A DNA stretch of 60,946 nt, the filler included, from Bipalium vagum (lineage: Eukaryota), in assembly GCA_037834085.1 (NCBI GenBank). It is 3 parts of 3 records of this genome, joined end to end, with 100 filler letters (N's around TTAATTAATTAA, not from the genome) between each part and the next. Parts side by side here need not be neighbours in the genome. Positions count along the whole stretch, not along the records: positions 1 to 27,185 come from JBBMKC010103501.1; positions 27,286 to 44,210 come from JBBMKC010086170.1; 1 more part is not named here. One strand, 5' to 3'. A program made the position numbers and the translations under genes. Numbering within the stretch: position 1 is the first letter of the stretch; every line of letters begins with the position of its first letter. Below are positions 25,621 to 37,650 of the stretch, in pieces. Below the pieces are notes generated by a model that saw only the letters and a program-made list of their open reading frames with translations, made no database searches and was not told the origin of the DNA.

Positions 25621-27185
25621 ATTTTAATAAAAACTTTTTCTAGTTTTATATCCTTTATTATCTTTAGCTGATCCTCACTTTCTTTATCGGGAATCCAACA
25701 AATATTTGTCCATTTTTACTTATATTATTATCATAACAAAATTAATTTGAGAATTTCATGGACACACATTTTCAATTGTTTTTATTTCAGTTGATACCTA
25801 ATTTTAAGTGGTATTAGAAAATAAATATGGAAAGAAGTTATTTTGTAAGGTTATATTTTCATCAGCTTTTATATATTTTTTTAAAAATAATAATTCTGTT
25901 ATATTTAAGATGATAACATAATAGGTTTTATTATATTTAATAGAGAATTTCGCACATTCGGTGCTTGAGCCTTCAGGTCATAATTACCTTTAATTTGATT
26001 TACAAACCGTCCAAATCGGAGTACTAGATCAAAAGTTAAAGATCTGCCACAACCAGGATTTGAACCACCAGCCTTTATTCCAGATGAGATTTAAGTAAAA
26101 ATTGATAAAGCCCTTCAGACCTCTTTTCCTTTTTAAAACATTAAGTTTTGATTACCATATTCATAAATTTATCTAATATGGTTGAAAAATTGATTTTGTA
26201 AGACTAGGTGGCCGAACCGATAGAGACTCAGTCAGTAATTAAATGTTTGATGGTTCAAGTCTTTTGTTAATCTTATCTCAGTTTAAAATAAATTTAAGAT
26301 GAAATAAAGATACTTTAAAAATAAAAAGTATGCACAATGTTGGCTTAGCCAAGGACATATCCTTGTTAACCCTTTTAAAAATTATATGTTAAAGGCCACA
26401 AAAGGGTCAGGAGTAAAATAATAATAATAATACTAAAAATAATAATTAATTAAAAAGTACAAACTTAATTAAAACAAAAAAGGTAATTAATTATTTTCTA
26501 AAAACGATTTAAACTTGACAATGGCGAACCTAAATTTCCAAGATTAGATCAGGGTCTGCAAGGAGAGAATTAAAGAGCTAAAAAGGGAATTGACATTCCC
26601 CATTGATAAAACTGTTCTACGACTGATTGATCGTCTGACCAGAGTAGTATTTAAGGAGTTAGAATCCGCAGTGGATCGTCATAACAATTTCTGAGAGAAA
26701 TTTTCGTCAGAAGACTAAAAAGTTTTTGCAGCTAGTAAATAATTCTTTATGCCTTCTATGCGACAAGAGCTCACGGTGGGTCCTATGACTCGCACCTTCG
26801 GACCAACCAATTCAATCCAGCCAAAACAATCAAAACCCTCAAAACAAGAACATTATTGATTTTAAACATTTTAGTGATTATTTAGTGATTCATTTGTTGT
26901 ATAAAAAAATATATAATTTGTGTAATTTTATTTATTTGTGAAAGTTAAAACCCGGAATTTGATTTTAATAATGCTCTTTCTCGTCTGTTTAATATAAATA
27001 TAAAATAGAATATAAAATATAAAACAAAATAATAAAATAATGTATATAAAATAAAAAATTATTATTATTATAATTAATTAAAAAATTAATCATTTTGATG
27101 ATTAATTTATAAACTATTTGGAAAAAATTGTTTAGTAAAAAAAAGTTACGATAAATAATTTTTTCAGTAAAAATTTTAATCAATG

Positions 27186-27285
27186 NNNNNNNNNNNNNNN
27201 NNNNNNNNNNNNNNNNNNNNNNNNNNNNNTTAATTAATTAANNNNNNNNNNNNNNNNNNNNNNNNNNNNNNNNNNNNNNNNNNNN
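27186..27285. other. assembly gap (44 N + TTAATTAATTAA + 44 N)
   Basis: Directly visible; artificial six-frame stop linker. Confidence 0.98.
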
Positions 27286-27559
27286 AAATATTATTTGTCG
27301 CTTCTGTTGCCTTGACACCGGTTTTAAACTGAAAGAGCATGCAATGTCGAATATACTCTTTATTGAAATCCATAATTTTTATCTACAAATTTATAATTTT
27401 TTCAAATTAATTTTATAAATAATTAACGACTTATACCTGTACTAATTAATTATTAAATTTAAATATTCGTCAAGTTGTTTAAATATTATTATAATATTAT
27501 TTAAACAACTTCACAAAATGATATTTAAAAAACGAATTTACTATTTCCTTAATCCAATA
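27286..27559 (-). mobile_element. mariner 5' end truncated by the gap
   Basis: MDFNKEYIRHCMLFQFKTGVKATEATNN plus a TIR-like end at ~27530-27559. Confidence 0.75.
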
Positions 27560-27564
27560 TTTTA

Positions 27565-28096
27565 AAGGTTAAGTTAATGAAATGTCATTTATATATTTTT
27601 CCAGTTAGAATGATTGAAAAAAAAGCAGTAATTCGGACAATATTACGTCATCATCGGAAAAAAAGTCTATCAGCTACAGATGCGACTAGAGAAATTTGCG
27701 ACGTGGATGGCAGGAAGGCACTCAAGGAAAATGAGGTCCAGTCGTGGTTTCGTCGTTTTAATCAAGGAGATATCGGTCTAGAAGATCAAGAACGTTCAGG
27801 TCAAACATCGGTGGTGAAGAAAGAAGAGTTTTGTGCCCTAGCCCAGTACAAGTACCTGAAGCCTGTCAGAGGGGCTCAAGCATTCTCAAAGCACCATCGT
27901 TCATCATCTGAATAACATGGGTTTTGTAAATAAAAATCCCCTCTGAGTTCGCTACGAATTGACAGATAATCAAGCCAAGTGTCGAGTTGATCTTTGTCGC
28001 GAATTACTCCAGAATCCCAAAGACAAACGCTTTTAGAGGCGCATTATTACAGGTGATGAAAAGTGGGTTTTCTTCTGTAATTCCAGTAAAGGTAAT
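27565..28096 (+). mobile_element. mariner 5' half (left flank of the viral insert)
   Basis: ATDATREICDVDG...VQSWFRRFNQGDIGLEDQERSGQ, then RIITGDEKWVFFCN, ending abruptly at ~28096. Confidence 0.92.
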
Positions 28097-29037
28097 TAAT
28101 AAATCTTCTGGATCTAGAAGAGTGTTTTGCAAAAAATTATATATTACTCTTCGGTTGTAAGACAAATCAATAGATCGTCTTTTCGGATCATCCAGACTTT
28201 TTATCAGAGCTGGAAGGTCGCTAGACAATGCCTTGTCTAAAAGTGTCGCTAAGTTAAAACCCACTTTAATCGGGAAGGTTTTCTTTCCTTCTGTTTGTAA
28301 CCAGTCCAACTTGTTATAGTTTTTGTTGTACTTGTCTAAATGCCTGTTGTTTATTAGACAGTCACGAACTTCACTTTCTTCGGGAAAAGGAGGGATTCAC
28401 ACGGAGAGATGTTGAGACAGACCTTATACTTTTGTTTGTAATGGGAGCTGACCATTTCGATGAAATCTGCTGTTAGATTATTGATGTCAGTTTCTATAAT
28501 CTGTTTCTCTTTCCGTCCTATGTCTTTGAGTTTATTAAGACCAGCAATAGAGTCTGTGAATGAATGCCCCCAGTGCCCGTATAAGCCGAACAGTTGATAG
28601 TAAATGTTAGGGTTTGTGTTGTTATCGAACATTGACATGAATTTGTTTACCAACAGTTCTACTTTTGAGATGTTTTCGCATGTGCCAACTAATAATTGTT
28701 TGATAGCATCTGTGAATGAAGAAAAGATAGAGTTATAGAAGATGGGTTCTGTGTTTAGCAAATCCCCTTCTACATTCTTAAACATCAAGGAGATGCACAA
28801 TGGCTCAACCATTTTTATAATGTCATATGCTCGATTGTCGTACTTGTCTAGAAACGTGTCAAAATATTGATAAAAATCCATGATCATTGGATTGCTCGCT
28901 GTATTGCATTTTTCTAGATTTGAGGGGTTAGAGTGTTTTACCCACGAGTAGAAGAGAGTGTGTGTATCGCCATGGCGATTTTGTTTTTTTAAAATCTAGA
29001 AGACAAGAGATCAGCAATGATTAAAAAAGTCTGTCAG
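28097..29037 (-). pseudogene. endogenous viral element: rhabdovirus-like (Mononegavirales) L polymerase N-terminal fragment, conserved region I
   Basis: About 310 codons with a few frameshifts/stops: LIIADLLSSRF; YDIIKMVEPLC (VSV YDLIKMVEPIC); QLFGLYGHWGHSFTDSIAGLNKLK (VSV [21 protein letters not shown]); DWLQTEGKKTFPIKVGFNLATLLDKALS; RRVIYNFL. Confidence 0.9.
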
Positions 29038-29222
29038 CTGAAAAATAAAATAGCCGATTTCTTCGACTCAAATAAATCTGAGTGGTATCGCCATGGAATT
29101 GAACAATAGGCAGAAAGATTACTTCTAGTTAGAAAAGCTGATGGATAAATGTGACCTGTATTAAAAAATTTTGTAAATAAAATATTTGCGTAAGACCATG
29201 AATAACTTCACTCAACGTGATA
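29038..29222 (+). mobile_element. mariner 3' end (right flank of the viral insert)
   Basis: KNKIADFFDSNKSEWYRHGIEQ*AERLLLVRKADG is a mariner transposase C-terminus; TIR-like end near 29195-29222. Confidence 0.8.
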
Positions 29223-30149
29223 ATCCACAAATTTAATGTAATCTTGATATTTAAGTATGCTGATAAATAATTTACCTAAAATCCATCATGAGATTATTTC
29301 ATCAGACTTTCTAAATTTTTCAAGCATTTTTTTCTTCAACCTAGCTCAGATTGGTTATGGTTTGTAATCAATATCACCAGGTTAACTTTTTTTCAATACA
29401 TTTAAAACCACCAATTGCTTATGGTTTAATACTGTCCCAACTGATTTTGGTCTGAATTTTATAGTAATAGTCTCGCCTTGACCAATCCGTCGTCTTGGGA
29501 AAGATATTTACTATCTATTTTAAATTTTTTATTCTACCTTAGTATGTTTTATTACTGTCCACAGCAGTTAATATTTTTTTCCATTGTATTAATTTAATGT
29601 CATGGTTTCTGAGATTTCAAAAATGATTAATTAGGTTTGATTTTGGGTACTTCGAAATACCTTATATTAAATAATTTTTAAAAGTTGGTTGTGATTTTTA
29701 TTAATTATTAATAAAAATTTTCATAATAATTATTATTAATACCAAGAACCCGAAAATCTATTCTTATATATAATTTATATTTTAAATTAAATAGTAAACA
29801 AATGTTCATCAAAATTTCTGGAAAAACGATCATATTGTGGAAAAATATTAATAAATGTTAGTTATCAGAAGATATTATATTTTAAATATGAGAAACCTTG
29901 TGAGAAATAAGATCTGTTCCTAGGGTTTTTTTTAATAGAAGAATCGTCAGAATATGAAGTTTTAGGTAACGAGTCGTTATTGTTCAGACAAAATTCATTT
30001 TAATATAATCTATGTACATTATTTAGTGTCTTGATAATCTTGGAAAATAATTACAGGACGTTAAATAAGTCAGTTCTTCCTCGCAATCCTATTAAACAAT
30101 CGTATTAAAATAAATTTCAATAGAAATTTCAAAAAAAAATATTATAAAT

Positions 30150-31020
30150 TATAATTAGTTGCACCTCCTGTAGCTTTGAAAATGGAAGCCATCATGTATG
30201 GCAATGACTCATATAGTCCTTGTTTATATTTTATAGGAATATTGTACCATGTATCTTGGATTTCCTTTCAATATTCCTCAACATTTGCAACAAAGTTTCT
30301 TATTTACCTAATCATGTATCCCCATATATTCTTTATAATATTGACACCCGGAAAATTTCCAGATCAAATACATATTATTATTGCGATGTAAAAATTGTAT
30401 TGTTGATTTTGAAACATGTATAAGACTATCTTGTACCAATTTAAACTCCTTGTTTGGAAAAACTAGCGCAGGAGCTACAATATCAATATAATAAATCACT
30501 TCATATTGATATTTCTGGGAATATAAAATTCAATTAATTTGTCTCAGTGGACAAACTCTATTGTTGGAAATGACACACCAAACTTGTTCATGCAACAACC
30601 TTTCTTTAGACTTTCATCGGTTCTACGTTTCGCTTTCTTAGATTTGGATTCATTTTGAATAATTTTTCATTTTAAAATATAATCGACTCTCATCCACCTC
30701 TGATAGGAATGTAATTTTGCCCACTCTCTTTGTCTTTGACCTTGTTTTAAATGTAGTTACGGTTTTGTAACATCACACATCTTTTTAAAGAAAACTGCCT
30801 AAAATTTTTTGTATCCAAACTTTACTAATTTTTCTTGAAGTTTGCTCATAAAATTGATATGAAATGGAGCTTAAACTGGAAAAATGGCTCCAGAGTAAAA
30901 ACCTCGTTTAGACACATCACACAAAATGTTTTCTTCATTATTATAACTTCTCGCATGAAGAACTGTTACAATTGCCATTCTATTTTCTTTCGAGATAAAT
31001 TTAACCATTTTTTCTAAAAA
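30150..31020 (-). mobile_element. degenerate Tc1-like transposase
   Basis: VWCVISNNRVCPL...LVFPNKEFKLVQD...WSGNFPGVNIIKNIWG...GLYESLPYMMASIFKATGGATNY. Confidence 0.75.
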
Positions 31021-32409
31021 ACGAAAAAAATTAATTTAAAAATTAAATAAAAAGATTATTATGAAATCTTTATTATTGTTTGTAAACTGTTCTATTAAGA
31101 ATTTCAAGTATGGCGCTGGGGATTTTTTTTCACACATGAAATCTTTGTGATATATGAATCTTTTATTACACGATATTTTATTGTTAAGAAAATATATAAC
31201 AATAAAATACTTAATCATTCATTAAATCGATAAATAAATAAATAAATATATATATATATTGTAAATGAATTTGAAAAATAGATAATGGTAGATATGAAAT
31301 TCATCTTATTCTTTGAAAATTTAATTTCCATTGAGGCTTTGGCATATTTCATGTAGTCCACCTATGCCAGTACACATATAGGTTCTGATTTCTTTTTAAT
31401 TACCTTTGGTTTATAAATGAATAAACTTGCGTAGCATGTCAGATAACACAAAGTATTTGATTTTTTAGTGTGTAGGCAAGGCCATCTTTTCTCAATCTTT
31501 GGCTCAAAACCTTTTTCTGTCGTCTCATTTTTTATCTAAAATAAATTTCAATTATAAGAAATCTAAGAATATTCAAAAATATTGTAATGTATAAAAAAAC
31601 AACTATTTATTTCTTATAAATTTATTGAAATTTTAAAGTAATGTATAATATTGTATTAATCTAAAAAATAAGTTTGCCAAAAAACCTATATATACAATTA
31701 TTAGGTTGACTGAAAAGTGCTGTCTGCTTTTTATGCAATAGCTTTAAAGCAAAAATATTTTATTCGAATAATATTATATTTATTGATAAATAATAATAAG
31801 ACAGGTGAGATCTTATTAAATTAAAACCTCTTTATTATTTTAAGTTAGTTTTAATAATATAAAATGCTATTTAAAAGACTAAGACAACGACGCCAATTAG
31901 AACTTGCTTACATTATAAATATAAGTTAAAAAATATGCACCAGAGGCGGTGTCAATTACTAAACAACATGTTCAGCATTTGGTTCAAACGGTTCCTTTTT
32001 GTAGAGACATCCATTGAATAACGGTGTCGTTGAGGTCCACCTCTTATTGGTAATAACTGTTTAAAAGCCAAGATCGAGTCCAACCTTCAACAATCAACAG
32101 TTTGTGGTCATCTTAAAATTATATACCGGTTTATTAAATATTGAAAAATTGTTTGAATATTATTATGTTTTAAAACATTAATAAATTGATTAAAGTAATA
32201 GTCTGATTAAAATTACAAAGATTATTAAACAGTTAATTGAAAAGGTAAGTTTTTTAACTGAAATAAAATTCTGAAAAAATAAATTTGAAAACACACTGAC
32301 TGTTTTTAAATAGGTTATTGGTTATTCAAGATTTAGAAGAAATTTCTTTATTATTATAATACACGTCTCCTATAACCGTTTGACAAGTTTTAACAGCTTC
32401 TGATGAATC

Positions 32410-33042
32410 ACACCATTATGTTCCCACTAGATGTCGGAGTTGCAAATTGTTTTTTGATTTTAGCATTATCGCAATAAATCCATTTTTGATCACACGATAC
32501 TTACTTTTTTCACGTTGCTTTCGCCTTTCAATATCTCTTGGCTTGCGTTGATTAGGAACCCCGCTTCCTTCCTTAAAAATCTTTTCCGTGACTTTCACAC
32601 GTCGACTGATCGACGTTTGATCTACATTTAATAAATTCGCAAGCTCATTATGGATTTTCATCAACCAATGGTTCGAAATCTTGGTCTTCAAACAAGCTTC
32701 TTTTGTCCAAGATGTTCTTCATCGTCAATCATGATGTCACCATTTCTGAAGTGTGCGAACTACCTTTTTTATCTAGTCAAATGATGGTGCATTGTTGCCA
32801 TTAGTATCTACAATTAAGTATTCTGTGGGTTTCTGCAGCTGATTTATTGATGTTAAAATGAAAAAGAATCACTTTGCGAATATGGTGATTATTTGGTATT
32901 TATTTCGCCATCTAAAAATATATGAAAAAATACAATCATTAAATCAGTTTTATTAAATAATGTTTAAAGTAAATAACAACAATTATTTCAGTAAAACATA
33001 TACATTAGTTAAAAAGTCTCATTTTCAACAGACACACCTAAT
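32410..33042 (-). mobile_element. degenerate mariner 5' half
   Basis: HHIRKVILFHF...KSAAETHRIL...FAHFRNGD...ELANLLNVDQTSISRR...PRDIERR. Confidence 0.8.
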
Positions 33043-33497
33043 AATTGTAGAACTATAAATTAATTCTTTATAGGATATATAAAATGATAACAGATTTAAT
33101 AAAATTTAAAACTTAATATTTGAACAAAAAATATATTTTCTAAAAATGTTTTTTTCTTTTGATATAAAAAAATCTAAGAGAATATCAGATATATTACATT
33201 CAATGAGGAAGTTTCAGAAATTTCTGGAAAATGTTCTCGAAGTTCTAATATAAATATTTTCCAAAATAAATTATTATTGAGATTAGACATTATCATAAAA
33301 TTAATATTACAAAATCAAATCTTTATATCATTAAAACACTTGATAATTTTTAGAATTTTATCGAATGATGGTAGTCTATTGATTTGTAAATTTTTTTTAA
33401 AAAAATAATCATTATTTGTGCATTTTTTTTAGAAAATGTGTGAAATGAAAAATAATTATAGAAGATATATTAACACAAATTTAATTATATAACAATA

Positions 33498-34800
33498 ACG
33501 GGTGGCCAATAGAGAATGATAATTCTTTGAATGACATTTGACTTAGACAGCATAATGTTAAATTAACTCAATTAAAAGTATTTAATAAAGAATCAAACCA
33601 AAATTTACTTAATTAAAACAGTTTATTAAACAGTCTATTACTTAATTAAACAGTCTGTCCAAAACTCTTTGTCGAAGGCAATCGATGGCTTGGCGAATCA
33701 TATTTAATGGAATTTCTACAATTGTTTAATTTTTTCAATCAGTTTTGTACGATTTTCAAATTTTTTGGTTATCAGTCTCTGTGATACTACTTCCCAAAAG
33801 AAATAATCAAGAGGACTAAGATCTGGTGAATTTAGTGGCCAATGATTTAGAGCTATTCTTGAAATACCAGTCTTTTTGAATGCTAAAATCGTTTCTTTGC
33901 TTCTGTGACAGGTGACCATTCTTATGATATATGAAATCGCTTCCAATGAGCTCCCTTCCACATTTTGCAACGATTGGAAGTACATTTGATATGTAAAATC
34001 TTTTATCAAAAGATGTTTTTATCGGTGAGAATAAAGGTTTCGTCGGACCCTGATATTTCAATTCAACCCATACCATTACTTTCAAAGGATATTTTCTCTT
34101 TGGAAAAACGCTACCTTTTAAATTTGCATCTTTTTCTAGACACAGCATAAACGACGTCGTGTGAATTAAACTGACTATCTGCATCAAAATATTTTTCATC
34201 ACTAAACAATTTTGTTCTCTGCCTGTTTACTAAATCTTTTTCTTAACCAACATGAGTACGTCTTTCGTCTATTGATTTGGGACTCAGATAGATATGGAAC
34301 TTTTATTTTCCTGTAGCACTTAAATCCCAAGTCATTATGTATATTATTTCCAATAGTTCCTCTTGAACATTTGAAATCTAAAGCTAACTTTCTTGCTGAT
34401 TTTTGTTTGTTTGTTGTAAGATTTCTGTTAATTTTTTGATAAATGTTTTCGTTCTTACGGTTCTTGGACATCCAGGGGAATTTCGAGCAAGTAATGATTT
34501 TTCCTCTTATTAGTTTAGTCCATCTATAAATAGTGAACTTTGGTACCCATTTTGCTACAGCTTCATAAATTTCTTCCGGCGTTTTCACATTTTCATGAGT
34601 TTTTATCAAATTTCTTACACAGCTCTCATACGTCATTATCTAAAAGAAAATATTGCTAAAAATAACATAAGTTTATTTTGCAAGATATTAAAAACTTAAA
34701 TTAAATTGATATTTAATCAATTAATAATTCAAATTAAATTTTTTTTAGTTTAAAATAATAATGTATTTAAACAATTTATCATTCTTTATTGGCCCCCCTT
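33498..34800 (-). mobile_element. near-complete DD37D (maT)-type Tc1/mariner element
   Basis: TIRs ACGGGTGGCCAATAGAGAATGATA / TATCATTCTTTATTGGCCCCCCT with TA flanks; SARKLA HTH, SDEKYF, KVMVW and WPLNSPDLSPLDYFFW; frameshifted. Confidence 0.88.
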
Positions 34801-35035
34801 TAGATTCTCATTTAAAATTCGAAAGTAATGTTATGACTGAAATTATTGGAGCTGAAAGAGCATTTTAGAAAAGTGCCTCAACTTTAGGAATTATTTTTAT
34901 TAATTTATATTCCCTTTGGTACTGTAATTTTTAGTGCTTTAAATTTGTTTATTTTTAATCAATAGAAAAATTAAATCATAAAGAAAATATTCGACACAGA
35001 AAATTTTTAAAAATTGTGCACTCAATTAATAAATA

Positions 35036-36067
35036 AAGTGGGATCTCTCAAAAGTGACCACTTTTTTAAAGTTCTGGTCACATTTTGATAGGTGGTCACT
35101 TTTCTGAAAAAATGTAAAGAATAATAAAATTAAAAGCAAAATTGGTATGTCAAACATTTATTTCACGAAATATCTTAATATATTTTCATGTTGTAGCTTG
35201 ACCGACTGCAAGAGCGTATTTTCTAGCAAGTATATACCGTTTAATTTATCAGGGGAGTATTCAGTAGCATATTTTTTAGAATCATACAAAATTTGATAAA
35301 TATCATCTTTTTGAATCGAACTTGTATTTTCATCAGAACTGTTTCCATTTCTTGTTATCATACTTTTGTTGGCCATCGTTTAATGAAACAAGGCAGTCTC
35401 GTCACAATTAAAAATGTCTTATAAGTCATGTGTTATAAATTTCAGTTATGGTACCTAAAAATCTTTTGCACCATCATAATTTGCAGAGACTGCTTCTCCG
35501 ACTAATTTTCTTGATTTTCTGCAACCAACTGGAAGAAGCCTTAAAATTGTTAATATGAATACCATTAGCATTTTTTAAAGCAAAGATTTTAGTCATCGGA
35601 CCAGATACCGGAATGCCTTGGCTTCTTAACCTGTCAAACATATCAGGCACACAATTTTCTATTATAAATTGGAAATTTTACCTTTCCAATGAAACCTTTT
35701 ACCTTTTCCCTGACTTCGGTTTTGCAAATTAATTAAATCTTTTCAGACCATATTTTCTGTATAGCTGCCTTGGTAACGCCATATTTCGCAGCCAATTTTC
35801 TTTGTGATGATTTTTTTGTAATAGCTTTTCAAGTATTTCTCTATTCTGATTATTATTTAATTTTCTCATTCTAATTAAATTTTATCATAAATTCAAAATG
35901 TTATTTATTACTATTATTTAAACAAAAATATTTACCGGTCAGCTTTTCTTGATATTTTTTAAAAGTTTATACTGGACATTTAGCCTAACTTTAACAAAAT
36001 TTAAATATGGTCAATTTAATAGAGGTGGTCACCAAAATCTTGCGGTGACTTTTGAGAGGTCCCACTG
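35036..36067 (-). mobile_element. internally deleted pogo/Tigger element
   Basis: TIRs AAGTGGGATCTCTCAAAAGTGACC / GGTGACTTTTGAGAGGTCCCACTG with TA flanks; CENP-B-type HTH (SQRKLAAKYGV, GIPVSGP, FKASSSWL) and IFNCDETALF; a related solo TIR lies at ~10563-10612. Confidence 0.88.
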
Positions 36068-36149
36068 TATAATTATAAAACTTCAGATCTTATTTTATGA
36101 CCACTTAACTTACATTATCATCAATTATTCTTTTATCATCATATTGGGA

Positions 36150-36960
36150 AATACCAATCTTATTTTGAATATTTTGTGCACCATCCTTGTATGAATATGG
36201 TTGAACAAACTGTGGTTTTCCTCAATTCCGTGAGATGATTTCTAAGCATAGAAAGAGCATTCACCCACCATTCACAGTTTGTTGGAAGTTGAAGAGACAT
36301 TGAAATGTTTATTCACATCCACACTGTGTATGCTTAGGAGTTGTGTTGTGAATTTGGTTGTGCGCAGAACAGATTAGTCAATGTTTGGTGTTTGGAACAA
36401 TATTCATCGTTCCAAAATCTGTTGTCCAACATTTCTCGGTTTCGAGAAGAGCCATTCTGCGAAAGAGAGTCGCAATTGTCCATTGTTTGATTTCAGCTCT
36501 TGAAGCAAAGTAAATTTCTAAGGAAACAGTCCCAGTTGTTTTCTGAAATTGTTCTATTGGAGTTGCAGCCAAGTTATGATACACTGAGTTTCAATTATTC
36601 TTCCACGTTTCCACATCGATCATTTTCCATAGATTTACCTAGAAATTTCCGGATTTACCATTATCATTTACACTGTCCGCGCATTCGAATTTAACGACCA
36701 GTCTTTGTGCTCTGAGTTGTGATAGTTTTCTTATTAGACCACGTTTCTTTTTGCAAAGATGCTGAACTTTCTCCATTTGTATAATAACATTTTATGAGGA
36801 AAATTCGATCTTCAAAGGATATCTTGATCTTGAAAAAAGTAAAATTTCTTATACTTATTGAATATATTAAATATTCCAAAATTAATTTATAAAAATATCA
36901 TTAAAAAATTATATAATTTAAATTTAACTCAATAAAATTAAGTATTCAAAAGGTTCGTAA
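36150..36960 (-). mobile_element. degenerate Tc1/mariner (rosa/DD41D-like N-terminus)
   Basis: FEDRIFLIKCYYTNGES resembles the DD41D family N-terminal HTH; heavily decayed. Confidence 0.5.
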
Positions 36961-37129
36961 GTTATGAATCTTCTTGTATTTATTTAATTAATCTAAATTT
37001 GATAAAAATTTATTTCTTGTTTATCTGCAGAAATATTCCTTTCATAATTAAATTGTATGATGAAACGTAGGTAAGTAGTAAGTTTTTTTAAATTCATAAA
37101 CTCTTTCCACTAATTTGCAATACCTATCA

Positions 37130-37650
37130 CCTTTTTACCAAGTCTGTTACCTTTTAGTATAGGAATTGCATGTTGGCCTGGTTTTTATTTGCTGTGGCTG
37201 AAGTACACCAATTTTTCATTACTCGTGACAATTCTCTTTATAAATGGATCATCCCAATAACTAGAAAGTAATTTTTCACAATTTTTAATTCGGTTTTCTG
37301 TTTGTTGTGTATTTATATCATGCGGTATATTGCCAACTGATCTTTATAAGTAGATGTTAATGCCGAGGTATAGTTGATTGTGAGGGATATAATTCTGAGG
37401 ATAATTTTCTTGTGCTTGTTATTGGATTTTAATTTACTGCATCTTTAGTAGCTTAGAATCGAAGACCGTTGTTTGTCCTTTATGGAGTCAATAAATCAGC
37501 TGGTCATACTATTATTAAGGGTTTTGAACCATTCTTGTGTAATTCGAATTGATAGTGATCTTTCACCCTTCACATATACTACTTGGTACATCTATTGATT
37601 TCCAGTAATGTCTCAGAATTAATCTGATTTCGATGTGTAAGTAGCTCATT
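37130..37650 (-). mobile_element. degenerate mariner 5' half
   Basis: SIRITQEWFK...DDPFIKRIVTSNEKLVYF...KPGQ. Confidence 0.7.

Noticed and set aside
27230-27241. TTAATTAATTAA palindrome inside N runs (also 44255-44266)
   Set aside because: Identical artificial six-frame stop linker centred in 100-nt gaps; not biological
28975-28995. TTTTAAAAAAACAAAATCGCCATG on the minus strand as a rhabdoviral gene-end/gene-start signal
   Set aside because: L homology (IIADLLSSRF) continues upstream of it, so it lies inside the L coding region
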